Assembly (NCBI GenBank): GCA_963663995.1
Contig: OY760660.1
Coordinates: 1,650,001-1,682,000, forward strand
DNA: 32,000 nucleotides
Source of the DNA: Erysipelotrichaceae bacterium
GTDB taxonomy: Bacteria > Bacillota_I > Bacilli_A > Erysipelotrichales > Erysipelotrichaceae
Reading direction: 5' to 3'
Part shown: positions 8,667 to 17,100 of the stretch, piece by piece
Layout of the letters: each line of letters begins with the position of its first letter
Position numbering within the stretch: the first letter of the stretch is position 1
Translations under genes and position numbers: made by a program
The notes under the pieces: model-generated
What the model saw: the letters and a program-made list of their open reading frames with translations, nothing else
What the model was told of the DNA's origin: nothing
Database searches by the model: none

Positions 8667-9056
8667 TTAGTCTCCGAAATTTATAAAGAGTTGCAAACTT
8701 GCAGTAACATCTTTTTTAGTTACATGTAATAAAACAGAATCGATAGCAGTGCTTGTGTTCAATGTTGTGATCTCAGCCTCATACAATACATCACCAACCG
8801 TTAATGTGCATAGCGTATAGTCAACATTACAGGTGTATGCTGAAAATGTATTTTCTAAAGTACTGCTATGTCCAATTGCATTAATTCTTTCTAGCTCAGC
8901 TTGCGCGAGTAATGTCGCATCTGAATCAGTATCACTATAAAGATTGATTCGCATTGAACTCTCTAGTGCAAAATATAGACTGGGGACGATAATTGCGAAT
9001 AAGGCTATGGCTACCACCAGTTCCACCAAGCTTTCGCCTCTTCTATTTAGTTTCAT
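8667..9056 (-). CDS. Prepilin-like protein with an atypical cleavage site
   Basis: 129 aa. MKLNRRG|ESLVELVVAIALFAIIV has Gly-1 and Glu+5 but Glu at +1 instead of Phe/Met. It is the first gene of the minus-strand pilus gene string. Confidence 0.6.
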   Translation of the reverse strand: MKLNRRGESLVELVVAIALFAIIVPSLYFALESSMRINLYSDTDSDATLLAQAELERINAIGHSSTLENTFSAYTCNVDYTLCTLTVGDVLYEAEITTLNTSTAIDSVLLHVTKKDVTASLQLFINFGD

Positions 9057-9142
9057 ATTAGTCAGTAAAAAGATGCACTTTTATATACTAAGCGTATATC
9101 TTTTAATGATAAAAAACAACTTAAATAGTCGATAAATAAAGG

Positions 9143-9760
9143 CTATTTTTCATTATTTTTCATAAAACGTGAAATAAAATGAAAAACTATAATAAATACA
9201 GTAATAGTAAATATAATGGTAATTAAATAATATATATATACATTCATTTGGGATAAGAAGGGTCTTTTCACCAAATAGAAGTAATTTCCATCGAATAATG
9301 TGTTTGCGACTACAGCTATTATAAAATAAATCAGAAAATAACTTATCGCTAAATGTAAATTTTTGCGTTTTGGTTTCCAGTCAAAAGCATAATAAGCAAT
9401 AAATGGTAATAGTAAAGTTAATGAATGATTGATAAGATAAGAGATCCCTAAAGCATGGGTTATTGGATGGATTGCAATCGGTAAAGCAAATGATCCATAA
9501 GCAAATAAACCAAAGTAGAAAACAATATCCATTAGGTCATTATTCTTACGAATAAAATAAATGAGACTTAATAAAGTTGATATACGACAGAGATGTAAAG
9601 GCAATGCTTGTGCAAAGTCAAATCCAGTTACTATGACATACCAACTATAAAGTAGAACTTGTTGGAAGAGGGTAAGCATTAATAATATGATCCTTAGTTG
9701 TTTAGCATAGATCCTTAGTCTTTTTCTGTTTAAAATGACTAATATTAGTAAAGAAAACAA
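9143..9760 (-). CDS. YwaF / TIGR02206-family integral membrane protein (5' end probably frameshifted; see findings)
   Basis: 205-aa polytopic membrane protein with the LPLHLCRISTLL motif I associate with the YwaF/TP0381 family. The listed start is a TTG with no RBS, opening immediately after a stop codon. Confidence 0.55.
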   Translation of the reverse strand: MFSLLILVILNRKRLRIYAKQLRIILLMLTLFQQVLLYSWYVIVTGFDFAQALPLHLCRISTLLSLIYFIRKNNDLMDIVFYFGLFAYGSFALPIAIHPITHALGISYLINHSLTLLLPFIAYYAFDWKPKRKNLHLAISYFLIYFIIAVVANTLFDGNYFYLVKRPFLSQMNVYIYYLITIIFTITVFIIVFHFISRFMKNNEK

Positions 9761-9881
9761 TGATTAAGACATAGCTTAAATGTTCAATTCCAAATAGTTT
9801 GATGTAAGGTACATTTGGATCTAAGAAAGTATTCACTCATATATTATGTCAAGAAAACGCAAATATATAAAGAAAAGGACC

Positions 9882-10085
9882 TTAGTCCTTCTTATGGTCT
9901 TTGCGGTATTCTTCGACCCAGTTTATTTGATGTTTGGATATAAATGAATCATCACATGAACAAGCTGAATCTTTCGCATATGCACAACCAATGCATTTTA
10001 TCCCACGTTTGCGTGATCTAAAAATAGGGATAGAAGCTAAACTTAGAATGACGATGATGATAATAAATACGGTAAAGTCATTCAT
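9882..10085 (-). CDS. FeoB-associated Cys-rich small membrane protein
   Basis: 67 aa. One N-terminal TM (FTVFIIIIVILSLASIPIF), then a basic patch and CIGCAYAKDSACSC. It lies downstream of feoB, and its ATG overlaps the preceding small ORF's stop (ATGA). Confidence 0.7.
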   Translation of the reverse strand: MNDFTVFIIIIVILSLASIPIFRSRKRGIKCIGCAYAKDSACSCDDSFISKHQINWVEEYRKDHKKD

Positions 10086-10237
10086 ATCTTATTTACAGAA
10101 TCTTCACAGTGACAGACAAATTCCTTTGTTTCTGAACATCCCATACAATGAGCACCATTCTTGCGCTTGCGATAAATGGTGAATGAAGCTGTGCCTACGA
10201 TTGCGATAATAATGAATCCTAATAGTATATCTTGCAT
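10082..10237 (-). CDS. Second FeoB-associated Cys-rich small membrane protein (not in the ORF track)
   Basis: Manual translation gives MQDILLGFIIIAIVGTASFTIYRKRKNGAHCMGCSETKEFVCHCEDSVNKI (51 aa). The architecture is the same: TM, basic patch, CxGC...CxC. The ATG at 10237 is 1 nt after the feoB TAA stop, and the TGA overlaps the next ATG. Confidence 0.65.
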   Translation of the reverse strand: MQDILLGFIIIAIVGTASFTIYRKRKNGAHCMGCSETKEFVCHCEDSVNKI

Positions 10238-10238
10238 A

Positions 10239-12182
10239 TTAAACCTCTTTTAGTCTTTCGCTTTTACCTTTGAAGTAAGCGAATAAGATCATTAAACTGA
10301 CAGCGATGAGTCCATATATAAATCCATTTTGTAGATGCCCATAGATAAAGAGTGAACCTAATTGATAGGTGAAGAAGGCAACGCTATATCCCATGCCCAG
10401 TTGAAGTAGAATGGCTATTGTTAGCCATTTCTTAGATTTAAGTTCAGCATTCATCGCGCCAATCGCCGCAAAACAGGGGGGGGTAAATAAGTTGAAGACT
10501 AAGAATGCTAGAGCTGCAATCGTAGTTAAACCAATAATACTTGCGACATCACTTGAACCACTGACTAAAGCGAGTTCTTCTGTATCAATAAAGTTAGTAA
10601 TGTTGTAGACAACAGCGAGTGTACCAACCACATTTTCCTTCGCAATAAAACCAGTTACGGCTGCAGAAGCCAATTGCCATGTGCCAAAACCCAAAGGAAT
10701 TAATAAAAATGAAATAGGGGTTGCGACAGAAGCGAGAATACTGGTATGAGCAGCCCCTTCTGTAACCACGGATAAATCCCATGCGAATGTTTGCATGATT
10801 TGAACTAAAGTATTTGAAATTAAGATAATAGTAAAAGCTTTTGCGACAAAGGCTTTACCTTGTAGATACATTGAACGAGCAGCATTGATGAGTGATGGTA
10901 CTCGGTAGGTAGGTAATTCAATTATAAAGTAATTTGTTTTAGAATCATCACCTGTTAACCAACGGATAATGAAAGCACCAATAAAGACAACAACGATGGC
11001 CGCAAAGTACATACTTGTACCTACCCATGGTGAGTCATTAAAGAATACACCTGCAAATAATGCAATCACAGGTAGTTTTGCTCCACATGGCATAAAAGGA
11101 GAAAGGATAGCTGTTGTACGTCTTTGTTTTTCGTCGCGTATCGTACGTGAAGACATAACCCCAGGAATGGCACATCCAGTCGAAACAACCATAGGAATAA
11201 TAGATCGTCCAGAAAGCCCAACTTTTTTCATATATGGATCAAACAATACAGCAACACGTGCCATATATCCACTATCTTCAAGGAGCGCTAACATAAAGAA
11301 TAAAACCATAATGAGTGGTAAGAAACCAACAATTGCGCCAACACCACCAATGATGCCATCTAAAAGTAAGGCAGCCATAAAGGGTGACACTGAATCCCCT
11401 AATAAACCTTCAACAAAGCTATAGAAGATATCAATCCATGCGACAAAGTAGTCAGCTAAGAAAGGTCCGACATATGTTTGAGAGATAGAGAAAACGGTGT
11501 ATAAAATGAGTGCGAAGATGGGTATACCAAAGAATTTATTCGCCACAATACCATCTAATTTATCTTGAAGTTGTAGGTTTGAAGTAAAGGCATTTTGTTT
11601 TGCGCTTTTCTCAACGATTTGATTGATAAAGGCATAACGTGCTTCATCATTTTCAAATGATTTAATTTTGGGTTGATAAACTTGGGGCGTTTTCGCAAAA
11701 TAATCAACCGTATCCATCAAATCATGGAGACCATGACGATTCAGTGATGAAACAGGTGAAATCGCGATATTCAAATTCTCAGCTAATTTTTCGATATCAA
11801 TGCTTAAAGATGGCGCATCGGTTAAGTCCCATTTATTTAAGGCAATAACCGTGGGTATCTTTAGTTCTAACAATTGGGTTGTTAGAAAGAGTGAACGGGT
11901 TAAGTTGCCCGCATCTAGAACATTAATAATTAAATCAGGATGTGCATGTTCGATCGCTTGATATGTAATTTGTTCATCTGCACTAAAGGGTGACATAGAA
12001 TATGCACCTGGTAGATCAATAACTTTTATGTTTTGATCCTTAATATATTTAGTCTTTATTTGACCTTCTTTGGCAGATACAGTAACACCTGGCCAATTTC
12101 CAACTGATTCATAATGACCTGTTAAGGCATTAAATAATGTTGTTTTTCCGCTATTTGGATTTCCAACTAAAACAATATTCAT
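10239..12182 (-). CDS. feoB: Ferrous iron transporter FeoB
   Basis: 647 aa. N-terminal G domain (GNPNSGKTTLFNALTG, DLPG, NKWD) followed by a polytopic permease with gate motifs. Confidence 0.95.
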   Translation of the reverse strand: MNIVLVGNPNSGKTTLFNALTGHYESVGNWPGVTVSAKEGQIKTKYIKDQNIKVIDLPGAYSMSPFSADEQITYQAIEHAHPDLIINVLDAGNLTRSLFLTTQLLELKIPTVIALNKWDLTDAPSLSIDIEKLAENLNIAISPVSSLNRHGLHDLMDTVDYFAKTPQVYQPKIKSFENDEARYAFINQIVEKSAKQNAFTSNLQLQDKLDGIVANKFFGIPIFALILYTVFSISQTYVGPFLADYFVAWIDIFYSFVEGLLGDSVSPFMAALLLDGIIGGVGAIVGFLPLIMVLFFMLALLEDSGYMARVAVLFDPYMKKVGLSGRSIIPMVVSTGCAIPGVMSSRTIRDEKQRRTTAILSPFMPCGAKLPVIALFAGVFFNDSPWVGTSMYFAAIVVVFIGAFIIRWLTGDDSKTNYFIIELPTYRVPSLINAARSMYLQGKAFVAKAFTIILISNTLVQIMQTFAWDLSVVTEGAAHTSILASVATPISFLLIPLGFGTWQLASAAVTGFIAKENVVGTLAVVYNITNFIDTEELALVSGSSDVASIIGLTTIAALAFLVFNLFTPPCFAAIGAMNAELKSKKWLTIAILLQLGMGYSVAFFTYQLGSLFIYGHLQNGFIYGLIAVSLMILFAYFKGKSERLKEV

Positions 12183-12195
12183 TGCTTCCTCATTT

Positions 12196-12465
12196 CTAAT
12201 CTAATTCTTTGACCAAGATGCATCGTGCTAAAGCTCTATCAATGCTGTAGCGTGCACTATGGACTTCAATGACATAATTCTCACCTAAAGATGAGATTAG
12301 TGTTAGTTTTTGTTTAGGGTAACAACCTAAGGTAAATAGAAACTTTTGAAGATCTGGATCCTCGGTCTCGATTGTTTCAATCATGTATTGTTGCTTTAAA
12401 GGAACTTTAGTTAAATTCTTAAATCCATGATGATCATGATGATGTCGATGTTTTCTTCCAAACAT
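12196..12465 (-). CDS. feoA: FeoA-family protein with a His-rich N-terminal extension
   Basis: 89 aa. It has an SH3-like FeoA core and lies immediately upstream of feoB. The N-terminus is MFGRKHRHHHDHHGF. Confidence 0.8.
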   Translation of the reverse strand: MFGRKHRHHHDHHGFKNLTKVPLKQQYMIETIETEDPDLQKFLFTLGCYPKQKLTLISSLGENYVIEVHSARYSIDRALARCILVKELD

Positions 12466-12467
12466 AA

Positions 12468-12878
12468 CTAAACTCCTTTATTCACTAAACCAAATTGCAT
12501 ACCGTCTTCAATATTAGACTCAACCTTTTCTTCAATCGCATGTAACATTTCATCCGTAATGATATGTTCCATACGACACGCGTTTTCTTCGGCATCTTCA
12601 GAAGATAAGTTCAATTCTTGTTCTAAGTATTTAATCAGCAATTTCTGTTTATACAAGATTTGTGTTGAAACCTCACGGCCTTCATCAGTTAGAAATATAG
12701 GACCGTAATTATCTTGTTGTACATAGCCTTTTGACTTTAAGCCATTGATGGCTTTTGTGACAGAGGCTTTAGACACATTTAGCATTTCTGCTATTTCTTT
12801 GGCGTGCACTTCGCCTTTGTTAACCTCTAACAATAAGATCGTTTTTAGGTACATTTCGCTTGAGTCGTGATGTTTCAT
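12468..12878 (-). CDS. DtxR/MntR-family metal-dependent transcriptional regulator
   Basis: The pattern SSEMYLKTILLL...AKEIAEMLNVSKASVTKAINGLKSKGYV...LTDEGREV...CRMEHIITDE matches the DtxR-family winged HTH plus dimerisation/metal-binding domain. I prefer ATG 12878 over the track's TTG 12884. Confidence 0.85.
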   Translation of the reverse strand: MKHHDSSEMYLKTILLLEVNKGEVHAKEIAEMLNVSKASVTKAINGLKSKGYVQQDNYGPIFLTDEGREVSTQILYKQKLLIKYLEQELNLSSEDAEENACRMEHIITDEMLHAIEEKVESNIEDGMQFGLVNKGV

Positions 12879-12882
12879 GGGC

Positions 12883-12913
12883 AAAGTTTACCATAGTTAA
12901 CTTTTACTGACAA
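12883..12913 (-). promoter_or_regulatory. Candidate promoter (-35 TTGTCA 12908-12913, 17-nt spacer, -10 TAAACT 12885-12890) overlapped by a 22-bp imperfect palindrome (12883-12904)
   Basis: On the minus strand the palindrome reads AAAGTTAACTATGGTAAACTTT (18 of 22 positions self-complementary). The -10 ends 6 nt before ATG 12878 and there is no SD, which suggests a leaderless or near-leaderless transcript and an operator overlapping the promoter. Confidence 0.35.
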
Positions 12914-12940
12914 GCATCTTTATTGACAATAAAAAATTTG

Positions 12941-12969
12941 TTGATAAATCTTTATAACATTCTTAATAT
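12941..12969 (+). promoter_or_regulatory. Candidate sigma-A promoter for the histidine phosphatase gene (TTGATA, 17 nt, TAATAT)
   Basis: Hexamers at 12941-12946 and 12964-12969 with a 17-nt spacer, about 70 nt upstream of ATG 13042. Confidence 0.35.
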
Positions 12970-13041
12970 ATTGTAAAATTGGCATGTTTTTTCACAAGAA
13001 TTCTTTATAATAAACAAAGAGTTTACAAGAGGTACTATGAT

Positions 13042-13614
13042 ATGAAAAAAAGATTATATTTAATGAGACATGGACAAACACTGTTTAATTTAAGACATAA
13101 AATACAAGGACACTGTGATTCGCCTTTAACCGAATTAGGTAAACAACAAGCATTAAAATCAAAGACATTTATCGACACGATTGATATTGATCATGCATAC
13201 TCTTCTACATCTGAAAGAGCAGCAGATACGATTGAACTTGTTTTAAATGGACGTTTACCTTATACAAGACTTAAAGCGATTAAAGAGATGAACTTCGGGA
13301 CATTTGAAGGTGAAAGTGAAGATTTAAATCCTAAAGATCGAATGAAACAACATGATTTCTTTGTGCCATATGGTGGTGAAGACCGATTAGACGTACAAAA
13401 AAGAATGGTGGATGCTATAACTGAAATCATGAATAAAGAGGATCATCAAAATGTATTAGTTGTCTCACATGCTGGGGCATCGATGGGCTTTTTATCTACT
13501 TATCATGATCCAAGAGAAATACTTCCAAACATGTTTCCTAATGGAACCGTATTAATTTTTGACTTTGAAGATGATCAATTCAAAATTCATGATGTCTACT
13601 ATCCCGAAATATAA
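13042..13614 (+). CDS. Histidine phosphatase superfamily protein (phosphoglycerate mutase-like)
   Basis: LYLMRHGQTLFN (RHG catalytic motif) and VVSHAG (second His motif). AAGAGG RBS at 13027-13032. The track's upstream extension from 12979 lacks an RBS. Confidence 0.85.
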   Translation: MKKRLYLMRHGQTLFNLRHKIQGHCDSPLTELGKQQALKSKTFIDTIDIDHAYSSTSERAADTIELVLNGRLPYTRLKAIKEMNFGTFEGESEDLNPKDRMKQHDFFVPYGGEDRLDVQKRMVDAITEIMNKEDHQNVLVVSHAGASMGFLSTYHDPREILPNMFPNGTVLIFDFEDDQFKIHDVYYPEI

Positions 13615-13705
13615 TTATTAAAAAGCATAAATAAATACATATCAACTTATTTATATAATATGTCTATGGTAAAATAGTTATAAACAATAGACTATAGGTG
13701 TTTTT

Positions 13706-14080
13706 GTGAACAATAAAAAATCGATTAAAGATCAAGCACGTATCTACCTATCTAAATATGAAGAATATGCGCAATATTATATTCAAGCACTTGAAGAGCT
13801 TCAAGTTGGTTTGTGGTTTTGGGATGTTGAAAATAATGTGACGAATGTTAATGAACAGTGGGCACATAATTTAGGCTATACAAAACAAGAGCTTGGTGAA
13901 ACGTGTTTAGAAACGTGTCGGACTCTAATTCATCCTGATGATTATGAATTAATGATGACAAACATCGATGCTTGTTTAGATAAAAAACAAGATAGTTATC
14001 GAATTACAGTACGAATGCTTCATAAAGATGGACATTATGTACATTTACAAATTTATGGAAATGTCATAAAAAAAGGATAG
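13706..14080 (+). pseudogene. Detached N-terminal PAS domain of the downstream c-di-GMP gene (frameshift in an A7 tract at 14068-14074)
   Basis: The 124-aa ORF is PAS-like (WFWDVENN...LIHPDDYE...RMLHKDGHYVHLQIYGNVIKK) and stops right after the A7 run. Removing one A reads through as ...VIKKDSDQRPLVIFMTQMDVSEQ..., completing the PAS fold and joining the frame of ORF 14106. Confidence 0.6.
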
Positions 14081-14105
14081 TGATCAAAGACCACTCGTTA
14101 TTTTT

Positions 14106-17100
14106 ATGACTCAAATGGATGTAAGTGAACAAATTGATCTTGAAAAACAAAAGATTGAAGAAAAAACATCCGACATCATAGAATTAGCACCCTTCCCGAT
14201 CATTATTAGTGATATAGAAAGCAATACTTTGGTCTATGCCAATAAAAGAGCGAGAGATGCCTATGCTTTAGGTGAAGATGAAGGGATTGGATTACCAAGT
14301 ATTGATTTTTATGTTAATCAAGAAGATAGAAAAGAATTTTTAACGACACTAACACAGGAAGGTTCAGTCTTTGATTTAGAAGTTGAACTCTATGATTATC
14401 AAAAGAATCGATACTGGGCTTTAATGTCAGGTACCTTTATAGAGTTTAAAGGTAAACCTTCTATTGTTGTCTCCATCAATGACATCAATAAACGTAAGCA
14501 CATGGAATTAGAATTGACTGAAGAAAAGAAAAACTATCAATTATTGACGGAATCCATTTCTGATGTCATTTGGGTTTATGATCTTGAAAAAGAAAAACTC
14601 GAGTATATGAGCCCATCTATTACGGCAATAACCGGTTTCACAGCTAAAGAAACAATGACATTGCCTTATGCAAGTTTAATTACTGAAGAAGTAAGACTTT
14701 CTTTTATGGATTGTCTGCATCGAGCAGAAAAAAAATTTTTCCGTAATGGTAAAAAACCTGTTGAAATCACTCAAGAAGTTAAACTTTTAAGAAAAGACAA
14801 AACAGAAGTTTGGACAGAACATGTTTGTAAAATTGTTGAAGATAACGAATTTATTCGTGTTGTGGGTGTTGCTCGTAATATTGAAGATCGTAAACGGACA
14901 GAGAATTATATTGAGTATTTAAATACCCATGATCAATTAACAGGTTTATTAAATAAGACAGCTTTTAGATTGTTTGAACTTGAATATTCAAGTGTGGATA
15001 ATGATTATTCTATTTTCTTTATTGATTTAGATAACTTTGGAGTGGTGAATGATGCGATTGGACATCGTGAAGGTGATTCAATTATTGTCAACATCGCCTC
15101 TAAAATAACAAAGAGTATGGCTGATCGAGGTCGTGTCTTTAGATATGAAGGAGATGAATTTGTCGTATTCATTCCTAATGCTAATAAAGAGTACTTAAGT
15201 GCCATATCATCCGATTTAGTCCGATATATTTCAACAGAAGCACGTGTAAATGACAATGCTTATATCTTGACCGCAAGTATTGGAATTGCGATGGGTGAAG
15301 AGAATCTCACCATGGATCGTGTTTTAAATAATGCCGCATCTGCCCTGCATATTGCGAAAAATGTTCATAATAGCGTTCGCTTTTATACACCTAACATGGA
15401 TGACCTACAAAGGCGTGAAGTCATTTTAGAAAAAGACTTACCCAATGCCTTATTAAGAGATCAATTGCGCGTTTACTATCAACCAATCTATGATGTCCGT
15501 AAAGGAACAATTAATCAATTTGAAGCTTTACTTCGTTGGGAACATCCAGAGCTTGGTTTAGTAGGTCCTTCTGAATTTATCGCCATTGCGGAAAAGAATA
15601 ATTATATTATTCCGATTACGGAATGGGTTTATATGGAAGTCTTGGATTGCATCAAACAATTTGAAGAAGAAGGATACGAAGACATATCGATGTCGGTTAA
15701 TTTTTCGATTCTGGCCTTTACCAATCGCGTAGAAAACTTAGTAAATTATATTCGTTATGCACATGAAGCTAGTGCTGTTCTACCCTCGAAAATTTATGTG
15801 GAAATCACTGAATCAATGGTAGTACAAAACTCTAAAGATTTAATTAAAGCGATACAATTATTAAAAGAACTAGGGATACGTTTCGAGTTAGATGATTTTG
15901 GAACAGGCTACTCGACCTTTAGTAAAATTAAAGAACTACCACTAAATGTAGCCAAAATTGATCGTTCACTTATCTTAAATGTTGATACAGATAAAAAAGC
16001 ATACATGATTGTTGATACTATGCTTTCTATTTTGCATAGCTTGGAGTTAGAAGTTGTGATTGAAGGGGTTGAGACGATTAAGCAATTTGAAACACTTGTT
16101 GCCTTAAATCCTGATCATATACAAGGTTTCCTCTTCAATAAACCTTTACCTAGGATAGAAGCATTAGCGTATTTAAAAAATTCAAAAAAATTTGGTGGTT
16201 TACCAGTTGTATATCGATTTAATGAAAATAACATCGCGGTCCATTGGAGAAATGAATGGAACTGTGGAATTGATGTGATTGATGACGAACATCGTGAACT
16301 TTATCGCTTTGTTAATTTCATTGATCTGTATAAGGATGACATCACTAAAAAGAATGAGCTTAATAACGATTTTTATCAAAACTTGATAGATCGAATTGCA
16401 AAACACTTTGATGAAGAGGAAGATATTTTAAAGGAACATGATTTTCCTCAATTAGATAAGCATTCAGATATTCATCAGGAATTACTAGATAAAGTGACGA
16501 CTTTATTTGAGGCTCAAAAAGTAGACCCTAAAAAAAGAGGGGAATTTTTACATTTCTTAACCGAAAGTTATATCGTTGAGCATATTTTGTATGATGATTC
16601 TCTGTTTATACATTATTTAAATGATCCTACAGCTCCTTTAGCAAATTTAATTTTTGTGGATGATTATAAAGGTGCAGTTGATTCAAATGATATGGGACAT
16701 TATCGACGCAAACTGAAAGAGAGTGTTTCTCTACAAAATTTATTATCAGAGATTTCCCATAGTTTAATGATGCTTACACCAGAGAACTTTGATGAAAAGA
16801 TTAATGATGCATTAAAACGTTGCGCATTGTTTGTGGATGCCGATCGAGCATACATTTTTACCTATAATTTTGAAAAGAAAACAACAAGTAACACGCATGA
16901 ATGGTGTCAAGAAAACATTTCACATGAAATTGATAATCTTCAAAATGTACCGTTCGAATTTGTGCCTGATTGGGTTCACACGCATTCTCAAGGTAAAACG
17001 ATTAACATTTATGATGTAAAAGCGCTTCCTAAAGATAGTGGCATTAGACAAATTCTTGAACCACAAGGTATTTGGAGTTTGCTTACAACTCCTATGATGG

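Noticed and set aside
9057-9142. A c-di-GMP riboswitch or strong promoter upstream of the first pilin gene.
   Set aside because: The region is only 86 bp and AT-rich, with no G-rich conserved riboswitch core. Only weak promoter-like hexamers are present (TTATCA, 17 nt, AGTATA). I cannot support a call.
9690-9722. A 10-bp direct repeat, ACTAAGGATC, occurring twice 11 nt apart near the 5' end of the YwaF-family gene (minus strand).
   Set aside because: It is a short coding-region repeat translating to similar RLRI/QLRI peptides. No flanking inverted repeats or mobile-element features are present, so it is likely coincidental or a small in-gene duplication.
10411-11424. ORFs overlapping feoB (10411-10608 +, 10594-10782 -, 10969-11424 +) and ORF 9934-10182 + antisense to the Cys-rich mini-proteins.
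   Set aside because: They lie in alternative frames of a gene with an unambiguous FeoB translation. The 151-aa ORF is Pro/Thr/Ala-rich antisense noise.
12979-13041. N-terminal extensions suggested by the ORF track: 12979 for the phosphatase, 20768 for the FtsX permease, 27539 for the Fe-S membrane protein, 25327 for the Fur-family gene and 12884 for the DtxR-family gene.
   Set aside because: These extensions start at non-ATG or RBS-less codons and add non-conserved residues. For the phosphatase, FtsX and Fur-family genes an internal ATG with a good Shine-Dalgarno fits the family N-terminus. For the Fe-S membrane and DtxR-family genes the internal ATG is preferred even though it also lacks an SD.
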